Source: an archaeon (GTDB taxonomy: Archaea > Asgardarchaeota > Thorarchaeia > Thorarchaeales > Thorarchaeaceae). From it: a stretch of 63,871 nt of DNA. The translations under genes and the position numbers were made by a program. How positions within the stretch are numbered: position 1 is the first letter of the stretch; each line of letters starts with the position of its first letter. Location of the stretch: contig JAJRWI010000025.1 of assembly GCA_024276825.1 (NCBI GenBank), positions 1-63,871 on the forward strand. The letters run 5' to 3'. The notes beneath the pieces were generated by a model. That model saw only the letters and a list, made by a program, of their open reading frames with translations. It was not told the origin of the DNA and did not search any database. Below are positions 1 to 9,724 of this stretch, piece by piece.

Positions 1-75
1 GTGTTGCAAGAAGTAAGCCTCAGCTAAGAGGATTGAGAGCATTTGGCGTTTAGGGTGGTGGCGCGAGAGGAGATT

Positions 76-936
76 TTAGGTTCCCACTACGACTAGTTCC
101 GAGTCTGAAAATCCAGTTGAGCGACGCTTTGATATCACAACTGCCACAGCGGCAATTACAATTATGAAGCTAATACCTATGATCAGTGATGTCATGGGCA
201 CCCCTGTTCCCGAACTATCAGCATTATCTGTAGTTGGTTCGTTCTCAGCATTGTAGACGTTTACAATTTTTTGAAGGTAGTCCTCATTTCCAACATTATC
301 AGATGCAACAATTTTGACTGTATGTTGTCCATTGGAATAGTCTGTAGTCACCCAAGAATAGCTGAATGAATCATCATATTCAGTTTTCTTAAGGACGCCG
401 TCAACATACAATTTGACATAGCTGATCTCAAATGTGGCCTCAGTAATGGTTGCAGTGATGTCTTTAATTCCTGAATATGTAGCTCCAGAATCAAGATTCA
501 TGGTTATGCTAGGAGGCGTTGTGTCTCTGTTAACATTGAAGTTAATTGTCTTGGATAGAAGCAATGCGTAGTTTCTGAAGACAAAGTACCAGGTATCTGA
601 ATGTGGAATCACAAACTTGAAGTCATAGGATGCTACATTCTCTTGAAGGTGGTACACTGTGGCATCCTGGCCCCCAGTCCATTTGTCAAAATTACTTTGA
701 TCACAGATAAAGAATGTGATTATCTGGTCGGCTCCTGAAGAGGGATTTGTGACCTGAAAGTCACCATAAATCCCATCGCCAGAATAAAGATTCCAATATA
801 CGTAATCATAGTCATTAATTCCCACAACAATTTGAGTATTGTTGGTATCATCTGCCCTCCCAACAGGTATCAATAGTGATACCATAACAAATGCGAGGGC
901 GAACACTAGAAATGTTCGTGAGTTAATTTTTGCCAT
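76..936 (-). CDS. Type I membrane/surface protein: signal peptide, GOLD/p24-like beta domain, Ig-like (Big) domain, C-terminal TM
   Basis: Hydrophobic N-terminus; FKFVIPHSDTWYFVFRNYALLLSKTINFNV resembles the GOLD C-terminal strands; DTTPP...LYVDG...WVTTDYSNGQHTVKIVASDNVGN is a typical Ig-like repeat; TM followed by KRR. Confidence 0.65.
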   Translation of the reverse strand: MAKINSRTFLVFALAFVMVSLLIPVGRADDTNNTQIVVGINDYDYVYWNLYSGDGIYGDFQVTNPSSGADQIITFFICDQSNFDKWTGGQDATVYHLQENVASYDFKFVIPHSDTWYFVFRNYALLLSKTINFNVNRDTTPPSITMNLDSGATYSGIKDITATITEATFEISYVKLYVDGVLKKTEYDDSFSYSWVTTDYSNGQHTVKIVASDNVGNEDYLQKIVNVYNAENEPTTDNADSSGTGVPMTSLIIGISFIIVIAAVAVVISKRRSTGFSDSELVVVGT

Positions 937-1275
937 TGTTTGATTTCACCCCTACTATCGAGTGTTAATTTCAAAGCAATTTCATAACAGCTTTTGTGCA
1001 AATATCATAGACTACATCTATGATATGTTTGTAAAAGTAGCAAGTGATACTATATAATAGAGCACCACTTCCAAATTGGTCAATTTCCCGCAAATTTTGA
1101 AGATTAGAAGGTATAAAAACAAAAACAATCCGATTTCGGTAACAATCTACAACAAAAAGGTCGCTTTATGTTTAAATTCAATACTTTTGCAAAAATAGTT
1201 ACTCATCAGATTAATGTGTTCAATTCATGACTTATTTGTCATCTACTCCGGTCTGAATTTACTTACCATCATTAT

Positions 1276-2211
1276 CTAAGTTAAGTACCCCCCGAAGCTG
1301 ATGGCGTCCATGGTGAACACATTTGTCTGGGCGGCATCGAACGAATAGGCAGCGAGGACATTCTTGAGAAGCATGGTGATTGTCATAGGTCCCACACCAC
1401 CAGGCACAGGAGTGATGTAGGAGGCCTTGCAGCGGACATTCTCAAAGTCGACATCACCGAGTGGGGTAGCGACATCGATCACGATAGCGCCTTCTTTGAC
1501 CATATCAGCGGTGATGAAGTAGGGGTCGTCCTCCGACTTTCTGCGACCGATGGCAGTGATCAGGACATCAGCTTGACGGGTGAAGGATGCGAGGTCTTTG
1601 GTCTTGGAGTGGCAGACGGTGACGGTCATGTTGCGATTGAGAAGAAGCATGATCAGGGGCTTACCCACAATGGTGGATCTGTTGATGATGACAGCATGTT
1701 TTCCAGTAAGGTTGACATTGAGGGAGTCCAAGATAGTCGCGATTCCTTGGGGGGTTGCAGAGCTGAGCATCTCACCGCCATAGAAGAGCCTGTAGATGTT
1801 TCGTGGAGAGAAGCCATCAACGTCCTTGTTGGGATCGATGGCACTGATGATGGTCTCCTCATCGATATGTCTTGGGAGAGGCAGTTGCACAAGTATGCCA
1901 TGAACGGTCACATCCTTGTTCAGTCTATAGATGAGAGAGAGAAGTTCCTCTTGAGACGTGTCAGCGGGGAGATTATGGCTCTCTGAGGCGATACCGACCT
2001 TGTTGCAAGCCTTATGTTTCATCCTGACATACATCGCAGAGCCAGGATCATCACCGACAAGCACAGTGACTAGTTTTGGGGGGTAGCCATGAAGTTCGGT
2101 CAGGCGAGCCACTTCTTCTTTTATCTCAGCACGGATTATCTTGGCCAGTCTGCGGCCCTTAATCACATTTCCCTCGCAGAACTCTTCTGAGATGGGCTCA
2201 AGAAATGACAA
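1276..2211 (-). CDS. folD: Bifunctional methylene-THF dehydrogenase/cyclohydrolase
   Basis: YVRMK, HGILVQLPLP, KDVDGF, RSTIVGKP, ITPVPGGVGPMT motifs. Confidence 0.95.
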   Translation of the reverse strand: MSFLEPISEEFCEGNVIKGRRLAKIIRAEIKEEVARLTELHGYPPKLVTVLVGDDPGSAMYVRMKHKACNKVGIASESHNLPADTSQEELLSLIYRLNKDVTVHGILVQLPLPRHIDEETIISAIDPNKDVDGFSPRNIYRLFYGGEMLSSATPQGIATILDSLNVNLTGKHAVIINRSTIVGKPLIMLLLNRNMTVTVCHSKTKDLASFTRQADVLITAIGRRKSEDDPYFITADMVKEGAIVIDVATPLGDVDFENVRCKASYITPVPGGVGPMTITMLLKNVLAAYSFDAAQTNVFTMDAISFGGYLT

Positions 2212-2222
2212 ACAGACACCTC

Positions 2223-3818
2223 CTAGAACACGCCAGTGATGTTGCCAGAACTATCAATATCCATGCCCACAGCAGCCGGAGTTTCAGGCAGGCCAGGCAT
2301 GAGCATGACATCACCCATATAGACGATTACAAAGCCCGCTCCCGCGCTGACAGCAGCACCTCGCACATCCACCTTAAATCCTGTAGGGCGGCCCTTCAGT
2401 CTCTTGTTGTCAGACAGACTGAACTGAGTCTTTGCAACACAGATTGGCAGTTCACCATAGCCGCGTTTCTCCAATGAGCGGATCTCGCTCTTGGCTGAAC
2501 CTGAGAATGTCACACCGTCAGCACCATAGACCTGAATGGCCAACTTCTTGATTTTTGTCTTCAGATCATCTTTCAAATCATAGGTATAATGGATCTCACT
2601 GGGCTTTTCGAGAGCTTCGATGACAGCAGTGGCAAGGTCTTTTCCGCCCTCACTGCCCTTTGCAAACACTTCGGAGACCTCCATTCTCCAACCCCTAGAC
2701 ACACAGAATTCGCGGAGTTGTTCAATCTCCTTGTTAGTGTCGCCTGGGAACCTGTTCAGCGCGATGACAGATGGAAGACCGAAGTTCTCGATGTTCTCCA
2801 CGTGCTTCTCAAGGTTTGGAAAGCCATTCTCTAGAACACCGTCACCATGGTTCTTCAGTGCTCTTATGGATGTGACAATGACAACAGCATCGGGCCTGAA
2901 ACCACCAGCTCGAGTGACAATGTTAATGAACTTTTCAGCGCCGAGGTCTGCTCCAAAACCAGCCTCGATGACAACATAGTCAAACAGACGAAGGGCAAGA
3001 TCAGTGGCCACAACAGAGTTAGTGCCATGAGCGATATTGGCAAAGGGTCCTGCATGAATGATTGCTGGAGTGCCCTCAGAGGTCTGAACCAGATTGGGTT
3101 TGAGAGCATCACGAAGGAGCACAGCCATGGCACCCTGTGCCTTGAGGTCTCGGGCATGGACCTCTTTCAACTTGCGTGTGCGGGCGACAAGGATATTGCC
3201 TAGACGATTCTTGAGATCATCATAGTCAGTGGCAAGGGCAAGGATTGCCATGATCTCTGAGGCTGCTGTAATGACAAAGCGGTCCTCACGCGGAAATCCA
3301 TTCACTCTGCCACCGAGACCGACTACCACATTTCTCAGAGCGCGATCATTCATGTCAACGGTCCGAGGCCAGTAGATCCTTCTCACATCAATGTCAAGTT
3401 CATTCCCCTGATGGATGTGATTATCTATCATGGCTGACAGGAGATTATGGGCAGCGGAGATTGCTGGAAAATCGGAGGTGAACAACAGATTGATCTTCTC
3501 AAAGGGGAACACCTGTGACTTTCCGCCGCCAGCAGCACCGCCCTTCACACCGAAGACTGGACCAAGGGAGGGTTCCCTGAGAGTGACCACGGTCTTGTAG
3601 CCAAGAGCGTTCATGGCCATAGAGAGACCTATCGAATTTGTGGTCTTGCCCTCACCTGCAGGAGTGGGTGTTGTAGCAGTGACAAGAATCAACTTCCCCT
3701 TGCGTTCACCGAGCTCCTCATGAATGGCAAGATCAATCTTTGCCATATATTTGCCATAGGACTCGAGATATTTGTCAGCAATTCCAACATTCTCTGCGAC
3801 TTTGGTAATTGGTAGCAT
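2223..3818 (-). CDS. fhs: Formate--tetrahydrofolate ligase (start moved to ATG at 3818)
   Basis: TPAGEGKTT, LREPSLGPVFGVKGGAAGGG, HAGPFANIAHG, EAGFGADLGAEKF, AKTQFSLSD; the longer ORF start would overlap the divergent RLP gene. Confidence 0.95.
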   Translation of the reverse strand: MLPITKVAENVGIADKYLESYGKYMAKIDLAIHEELGERKGKLILVTATTPTPAGEGKTTNSIGLSMAMNALGYKTVVTLREPSLGPVFGVKGGAAGGGKSQVFPFEKINLLFTSDFPAISAAHNLLSAMIDNHIHQGNELDIDVRRIYWPRTVDMNDRALRNVVVGLGGRVNGFPREDRFVITAASEIMAILALATDYDDLKNRLGNILVARTRKLKEVHARDLKAQGAMAVLLRDALKPNLVQTSEGTPAIIHAGPFANIAHGTNSVVATDLALRLFDYVVIEAGFGADLGAEKFINIVTRAGGFRPDAVVIVTSIRALKNHGDGVLENGFPNLEKHVENIENFGLPSVIALNRFPGDTNKEIEQLREFCVSRGWRMEVSEVFAKGSEGGKDLATAVIEALEKPSEIHYTYDLKDDLKTKIKKLAIQVYGADGVTFSGSAKSEIRSLEKRGYGELPICVAKTQFSLSDNKRLKGRPTGFKVDVRGAAVSAGAGFVIVYMGDVMLMPGLPETPAAVGMDIDSSGNITGVF

Positions 3819-3958
3819 GTGAATCATCCCAAGAATCAGACCAGTTTGTACTTCGCGCCTTTTGGATTTAAGCAAAGCTCTCTGGCAATTGACAGTATTA
3901 ACAAGGTCTCCAAAAAGACATAAGGGAGATAGTGTTTTCATATCATCTGGAGAGGAAA

Positions 3959-5272
3959 ATGAGAGAGATGCCGCTTGATGCACTCCCGGATGCGCTTCCT
4001 GATGCTATAGATGTTGAGAAGTACGTGATCTGCACATACTATGTTGGTCTCCCACCATTCATGGATGCTCGCGAGGTTGCGTGGGCTGCAGCCATAGAAC
4101 AGACTACAGGAACATGGACATTGGTCCCTGGAGAAACCGCTGAAGTGCGAAAACGTCATGTTGCAAAGGTCATTGGAGTCTATGAGGTCCCCCAATACGA
4201 GTACAGCACACCCAAAGACCTCGAGAGAAGACAGTACGTCATTCAGGTCGCATTCCCATGGGAGAACTTCGGTGCGCAGATCCCAATGCTTCTCAGTACA
4301 GTGATTGGAAACATATCGTTGGGCGGCAGAATCAAATGCCTAGATATGCGATTTCCGAAGAGTTGGCTGAGGAAGTTTAAGGGTCCCAAATTCGGAATCA
4401 AGGGACTCCGCAAACTGCTTGGCATCAAGAAAAGACCTCTGCTCAATAACATGATCAAGCCATGTGTCTATACTTCTGCCAAGATGGGGGCAGAATTGGC
4501 CTATGAGGCTGCTGCAGGGGGCGCTGACATCATTAAGGATGATGAGCTTCTTGCGAATCCTGACTTTAACACAATTGATGAGAGAATTCCGCTGTTTATG
4601 GAGGCTCTTGACAGGGCGGACTCCGAGAAGGGTGAGAAGACCCTGTTCACTGTGAACATCACCGATAGAGTACCCAAACTGTTCGAGAATGCTGAGAGGG
4701 CGCAGGAGCTTGGAGCCAATGCATTGATGATCAACTTTCTCGCAGTTGGATACTCCGCCTTTCGTGCGGTCTGCGAGGACCCATCTGTAAAGGTGCCAGT
4801 TCTTGCACATATGGATATAACAGGAGCGCTGTCATATTCACCAATCACTGGAATTGCAACAAACATCGTGATTGCGAAGCTACCCCGGATCTGCGGTTCG
4901 GACATTACAGTGTTCCCAGCACCTTATGGAAAGGCCCCGATTCTGAAGGAGCGATTCCTCCTGATGGCTCATGATATGGTCATGCCGCTTCATAATATCG
5001 ATCAGACTTGGCCCATGCCAAGTGGTGGCATTAGTCCTGGTCATGTTGAGGAAGTGATAGATGATCTGGGATTTGACATCGTGATTGGTTCAGGTGCAGG
5101 TATTCATGCTCATCCCGATGGGCCAAGAGCTGGTGCTATTGCTTTCAGGCAGGCAATTGATGCGAAGATGCACGGGGTCCCAGTGAGCAGGTATGCAAAG
5201 GAAGAGGGCCATGAGGAACTGAAGAGAGCAATGGAGGCCTGGGGATCAAAGAGGACTGGGTTCGACTTGTAA
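3959..5272 (+). CDS. RuBisCO-like protein (form IV)
   Basis: EQTTGTW, GPKFGI, IKP, IKDDE, PSGG, HAHPDG present; HMD instead of HRA and no His327 equivalent, so not a RuBP carboxylase. Confidence 0.9.
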   Translation: MREMPLDALPDALPDAIDVEKYVICTYYVGLPPFMDAREVAWAAAIEQTTGTWTLVPGETAEVRKRHVAKVIGVYEVPQYEYSTPKDLERRQYVIQVAFPWENFGAQIPMLLSTVIGNISLGGRIKCLDMRFPKSWLRKFKGPKFGIKGLRKLLGIKKRPLLNNMIKPCVYTSAKMGAELAYEAAAGGADIIKDDELLANPDFNTIDERIPLFMEALDRADSEKGEKTLFTVNITDRVPKLFENAERAQELGANALMINFLAVGYSAFRAVCEDPSVKVPVLAHMDITGALSYSPITGIATNIVIAKLPRICGSDITVFPAPYGKAPILKERFLLMAHDMVMPLHNIDQTWPMPSGGISPGHVEEVIDDLGFDIVIGSGAGIHAHPDGPRAGAIAFRQAIDAKMHGVPVSRYAKEEGHEELKRAMEAWGSKRTGFDL

Positions 5273-5368
5273 GAAACATGCAAGGTAGATTACTGAAGTT
5301 TGACTCTAGCAAGATAGCAAGAATCATCAATGATATTGTACAATTGAACGAGTCATCTGAATTGTGTC

Positions 5369-5704
5369 CTATTTGATGATACGAGTCTTTAATTTGTTAT
5401 CAACCTTGCTAACTACTTCAAAGTGAGTGTCTTTCGTAACTAGAACAAGATCACGATTAATTGCAACTGCTGCAAGGATTATGTCAACAGCTGGTATTGG
5501 GGTACCAGATTTTTAAAGCATAACAGAGATTTCAAAACCTTTGTCAAAATCTTTGGGTCCAGGAATAATGATATTGAGTTTCTTCAAAATTGATGCTTTA
5601 GTGAACTCAATAAGATTGAATATTGTAGTAAACCCATCCAAGACAGTAGTCCAATCGTGTATTTGCTCTATGAGGAAGCTTGTGTCGTAGAGGTTCGTTT
5701 CCAT
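5369..5704 (-). pseudogene. vapC: VapC/PIN toxin with in-frame TAA at 5513-5515
   Basis: LYDTSFLI...FNLIEF upstream; same frame after the stop reads KSGTPIPAVDIILAAVAINRDLVLVTKDTHF, the PIN C-terminal motif. Confidence 0.85.
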
Positions 5705-5945
5705 TCTAACTCACTCATTTTCTTATAATATCGTTCAACTTTTGCGATGGACAATTTTTCTAGATTTACTCCCAAATTCCTTGGAAGTTCAGAATAGGAG
5801 GAAGAGTCTCGTATTTCAGTGCTAGCAATCCTGTCAAGGTAATCTCTAATTGCTCTTCTTACAACTTCACTCCAATTTATTTCGGGGGGTACTTTTTCAT
5901 CCGTTCACGCAGCTCGTAAGGGATTGAGAGAGTGATATTTGCCAT
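5668..5945 (-). pseudogene. RHH (CopG-type) VapB antitoxin, frameshifted in a G6 run at 5884-5889
   Basis: MANITLSIPYELRERMKKYP, then in another frame EINWSEVVRRAIRDYL...; overlaps the vapC start. Confidence 0.8.
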
Positions 5946-6101
5946 GTGCATATTATTTGTACTCACACATATAACTGTGTTCAAAGAATATTGTTATCAA
6001 GAAAAGCATTCAAATTGGGTGAAAAAGAGTTGGAACAATCACTCAATGATCATGAACTATTTGAATTGTCTTTGAATAACGCAATATCACCTTTGCTTCT
6101 A

Positions 6102-6623
6102 CTAGCGGCTGCCTAATCGAGTTTCTGGAATCTGAACCTTATACATAACCTCATCCAAGTGGCGAGCAATGTCCATAATTCCATATCCAAGACCAAAGCA
6201 AAAGACAGTGGGCTCTGGGCGCATCTTGATGAACACAGCATCTTTGAGGGTCGAGGGGGGCATATTCAGATTCATCTTGAGGATTCGCGTCTGATGAAAC
6301 GCCCATTGACCATCAGCATCATCAAAGGGAAGGATCTCAGCGGTGCCACGAAACATGACATAATTGGCTGGTGCAAAGCGAAGGTAATAATGCGGGAAAG
6401 TAATAACAAATGAGACCTTCGGGTTGTTCTGAATGTTTCGAGCCTTTGCATAATTATTCATAGTCACAAAATACAATGCAAAGTCTGATTCGGGCGGGCC
6501 GACTCCGTATAGTATTCCAGTTGAATGGGGTCGACCTTTGGAGTCAATAGTTGTAAGTATTCCAAATGTCTTTTTCCGTATGTGTTTCTCAACAAATTCA
6601 AAATCAAACGATTTCTTTGTCAT
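6102..6623 (-). CDS. Pyridoxamine 5'-phosphate oxidase-like FMN/F420-binding split-barrel protein
   Basis: GILTTIDSKGRPHS...KARNIQNNPKVSF pattern. Confidence 0.8.
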   Translation of the reverse strand: MTKKSFDFEFVEKHIRKKTFGILTTIDSKGRPHSTGILYGVGPPESDFALYFVTMNNYAKARNIQNNPKVSFVITFPHYYLRFAPANYVMFRGTAEILPFDDADGQWAFHQTRILKMNLNMPPSTLKDAVFIKMRPEPTVFCFGLGYGIMDIARHLDEVMYKVQIPETRLGSR

Positions 6624-6632
6624 ATCAGCACC

Positions 6633-8216
6633 TCAGTAAGATTCAGCATTCATCTTCTTCCAGAGCTTCTTGTTCCGTTTATAGTATTCCTTCAGATTGC
6701 CAAACAAACTGTCATAGGTCTCGAAGTTATCTGCGTTCGGTTCAAACACTCGGTCAACAGCAATCTTGTCAGCAACCTTGTCAAAGCCAGACAGTTCACT
6801 GAGTGCTATGAACGCTACCATTGAAACTCCAATCGAGCCAGCCTCCAATGGATTTGCCATTCTGTGAATTGGTCTATGGAGTACATCAGCGAATATCTGG
6901 GGCCAGATCTCAGAATTGGCACAACCACCAATCATGTTGATCTTTTCCTGACGCCCTGCCAGTTTGCGCTTCTCAACCCCTTCCAGCATCCATCTCACAT
7001 GGTAGGCGACACCTTCCAGCACAGCTCTCACCATGTGACTCTTCTCATGTGCGAGTGAGAGATTGAAGTAGCCTCCCCGCACACTGTGGTCATCCAGGGG
7101 GCTTCGCTCGCCAAACATCCAAGGGGCGAATATTAGGTTCTCAGATCCCGGCGGGGCATTCTCTGCGACCAAGTCAATACTCTTGTAGGGGTTTCGAAGG
7201 CCCTGAAGGCACTCATTACATGCAGGATTGGCATAGTCACGGACATGTTGACAGAGGTCGCAATGCCAGTGCTCCTTGAGGTGTTTCAGACAGGCCCCTG
7301 CAGACTCCTGTTCGGCCACCATGAAATAGAGATCAGGGATTGCACTTCGTATAGAGCCAGTGTATGTTGAGATGTCCAGTTTTCTGTTCTTGAGGTGAGC
7401 ACCCAACCAAGCACTTGAGCCCGCATAGAGATGTACCTCCTTGGGTCTGACCGCACCAGACCCGACACCAGCAGCAGTCATGTCACCACACCCATTGACA
7501 ACCTGCGTAGAAGTAGACAGGCCAAGCTCCTCTGCGGCCTCGGATGTGAGAGTCCCCACAATCTCTGTTGATGGTGCAAGTCTCGGAAGTCTGGACTCCT
7601 CAAGCCCCATCCATGAGAGAATGGTTTCTGACCAGTTGTTGCGACCCTTTCGCGAGTCCATGAACCATGTTAGGTTCGCACAGTCCCACGAGGTCACAAA
7701 CTCACCTGTAGTCTTGTATATCAGGTAGTCCTTGCAATCCAAGAACTTGTGGGTCTTTTCATAGATCTGTGGGCGTTCCTCCATCACCCAAAGAATCTTT
7801 CCGATGATGTCCTTTCCAGAGGGCAGACCTCCAGTTATCCTCAACATTCGCAGCATTCGTATCGGGTTCTTGATTATCTCCTTGTTCTGTCGCGCCGCGC
7901 GTGTGTCCATCCATATCATGCAGTTCATTAAAGGCATACCATCGGAGTCCACAGGGAGTGTGCCCATCATTTGTGTTGAGAATGTTATTGCGAGAACATC
8001 AGTGGGATTGATGCCAGAGTTGGAGATCACTGACCGTGTTGTCTTGACAATGGCGCTCCACCAGTGTTTCTCAGGATCCTGTTCTGCCCAGCCAGGGTGT
8101 GGATATAGCACGGGATACGCTTCCATTGCTGAGCTGAGTATCTTACCATCAATATCAACGAGTGTGGCCTTGTTTCCACCAGTGCCTACATCATGGGCTA
8201 GGATGAAACCCGCCAT
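6633..8216 (-). CDS. FGGY-family carbohydrate kinase (xylulokinase-like)
   Basis: HDVGTGGNKA, GWAEQDP, WMDTRA, GERSP, RAVLEGV, IGGCANSEIWPQIFADV. Confidence 0.9.
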   Translation of the reverse strand: MAGFILAHDVGTGGNKATLVDIDGKILSSAMEAYPVLYPHPGWAEQDPEKHWWSAIVKTTRSVISNSGINPTDVLAITFSTQMMGTLPVDSDGMPLMNCMIWMDTRAARQNKEIIKNPIRMLRMLRITGGLPSGKDIIGKILWVMEERPQIYEKTHKFLDCKDYLIYKTTGEFVTSWDCANLTWFMDSRKGRNNWSETILSWMGLEESRLPRLAPSTEIVGTLTSEAAEELGLSTSTQVVNGCGDMTAAGVGSGAVRPKEVHLYAGSSAWLGAHLKNRKLDISTYTGSIRSAIPDLYFMVAEQESAGACLKHLKEHWHCDLCQHVRDYANPACNECLQGLRNPYKSIDLVAENAPPGSENLIFAPWMFGERSPLDDHSVRGGYFNLSLAHEKSHMVRAVLEGVAYHVRWMLEGVEKRKLAGRQEKINMIGGCANSEIWPQIFADVLHRPIHRMANPLEAGSIGVSMVAFIALSELSGFDKVADKIAVDRVFEPNADNFETYDSLFGNLKEYYKRNKKLWKKMNAESY

Positions 8217-8419
8217 AGCAATATCTCCAAGAGAATTACTTTTAATCAATGAACTTGGTAAAACAAATACTTTTTGAAACATTTCTAAATAATGAAATAA
8301 CAAGACACAAAAAATCAGGGAGGTTCGAGGAATTGCATTTTCAGTTGGAATGCAACACCGTTGATGTTCTCATATGTGCTAAAAAGCGAATATCATATCA
8401 TTATTCGGAGGGCCTGTAA

Positions 8420-9196
8420 TTGGATCTGTACAATGATTACATAAAATTCTGTGAATATATGAATAGTGTCCATGACAGTCATATCGATTTAAGTGATGAA
8501 GTGTTCTTCAGACCTACGACATTGCTTCCTTTGTATTCGTTTATTATTTCAAAAAAACTTCAAATAATAATGCCTACTAACAAGAATACTAAAAACTATC
8601 TAACAACTATAATGACTCGCCAATTAGATAATGTATTTTCAACAAACAGAACATATCTTCCCTTTGTACAATTTCCTATAAGCCAAGGCGATGTGAATAG
8701 AATTCTTGATTATCTATATATGATTCAGAATATTAATGATTATGGTGGTGAAAATGCATTCAAATATTTGATTGGTGAGATAGTGGATAATATTTACCAA
8801 CATTCTGAATTCCGCAAAGCTTATGCATTAGCCCAAGCCTATAAAAAAATGGGGTATATGGATGTCTGCTTTATTGATGATGGAATCACTATCAATGGAT
8901 GTTTTCAAAAGCATAATATTGTTTCATTCAATGATGTTGAGGCAATTGATGAAGCCACCAAAGGACTTTCAACAAAAGGTGAAGAACGAGGAACAGGTCT
9001 TGAGTCTTCTGCAAAAATCATTACGAACGGATTGATTGGTTCATTTCTTATCGTTTCAGGAAAGGGGGCACTAAATATTGAGAGAGATGGAAAGAATATG
9101 ATCCCACTAAATGACTTTTGCAAATTTAATGGAACATTAGTGATCATAAGGATTCCCTACAGAAAAGAAACGATAGATATCTTTGACTATTTGTGA
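8420..9196 (+). CDS. GHKL/HATPase_c-type ATP-binding protein (anti-sigma-factor-kinase-like)
   Basis: N box EIVDNIYQHS, G1 DDG, G2 STKGEERGTGL, G3 NGT; AT-rich. Confidence 0.75.
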   Translation: MDLYNDYIKFCEYMNSVHDSHIDLSDEVFFRPTTLLPLYSFIISKKLQIIMPTNKNTKNYLTTIMTRQLDNVFSTNRTYLPFVQFPISQGDVNRILDYLYMIQNINDYGGENAFKYLIGEIVDNIYQHSEFRKAYALAQAYKKMGYMDVCFIDDGITINGCFQKHNIVSFNDVEAIDEATKGLSTKGEERGTGLESSAKIITNGLIGSFLIVSGKGALNIERDGKNMIPLNDFCKFNGTLVIIRIPYRKETIDIFDYL

Positions 9197-9405
9197 TTAA
9201 TCTAATTCATTATAATAGGAGTTAATTATCATGGCAAATGCTCAAATATGATTAATATTCAAGCAGAATTTATCAGATGCTGTTTAATAGTAAATATCAT
9301 TCCCAATATCATTTAATTTGGTATCATTTATCAACATGCATATATGCTATAAGATATCACGTAACAATATAGAATCAACTATTTGGTCCATCTAGGTGAT
9401 GGAGT

Positions 9406-9693
9406 TTGAACGCAACTAAGGTAATTCAAATTGCAGACTTGATATCGAAAGATTTAGCATTGAGATATAATGCAAATGTTCTATTCAATATAATTGAGTC
9501 ATATTCTGAGAATCATATCAAAATAGATTTTTCTGGAGTTCTATCGATTACTTGGTCATTCGCTCATGAATATCTGTCTAGAAAGCAGAAGTGCACCAAG
9601 ACCATATCAGAGATCAATGTTCCCGTGGTAGTTAGAAAAATGTTTGAGGTAGTTAAAGCCCATTCCATGAAGAAACTATCACTGCCCAGCTGA
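9406..9693 (+). CDS. STAS-like domain protein (DUF4325-like)
   Basis: IKIDFSGVLSITWSFAHE matches the DFxGV..I.xSFA.E STAS-like pattern; follows the HATPase gene. Confidence 0.7.
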   Translation: MNATKVIQIADLISKDLALRYNANVLFNIIESYSENHIKIDFSGVLSITWSFAHEYLSRKQKCTKTISEINVPVVVRKMFEVVKAHSMKKLSLPS

Positions 9694-9724
9694 TAACAAG
9701 TAAAACCTCACTATCATCAGAGAG

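Noticed and set aside
3819-3983. N-terminal extensions making fhs and RLP overlap
   Set aside because: Artefact of longest-ORF calling; family-like sequence begins at 3818 and ~3959, each with an upstream purine-rich site
3959-5272. Bona fide CO2-fixing RuBisCO (form III)
   Set aside because: Lacks the K177, R295 and H327 equivalents needed for RuBP carboxylation
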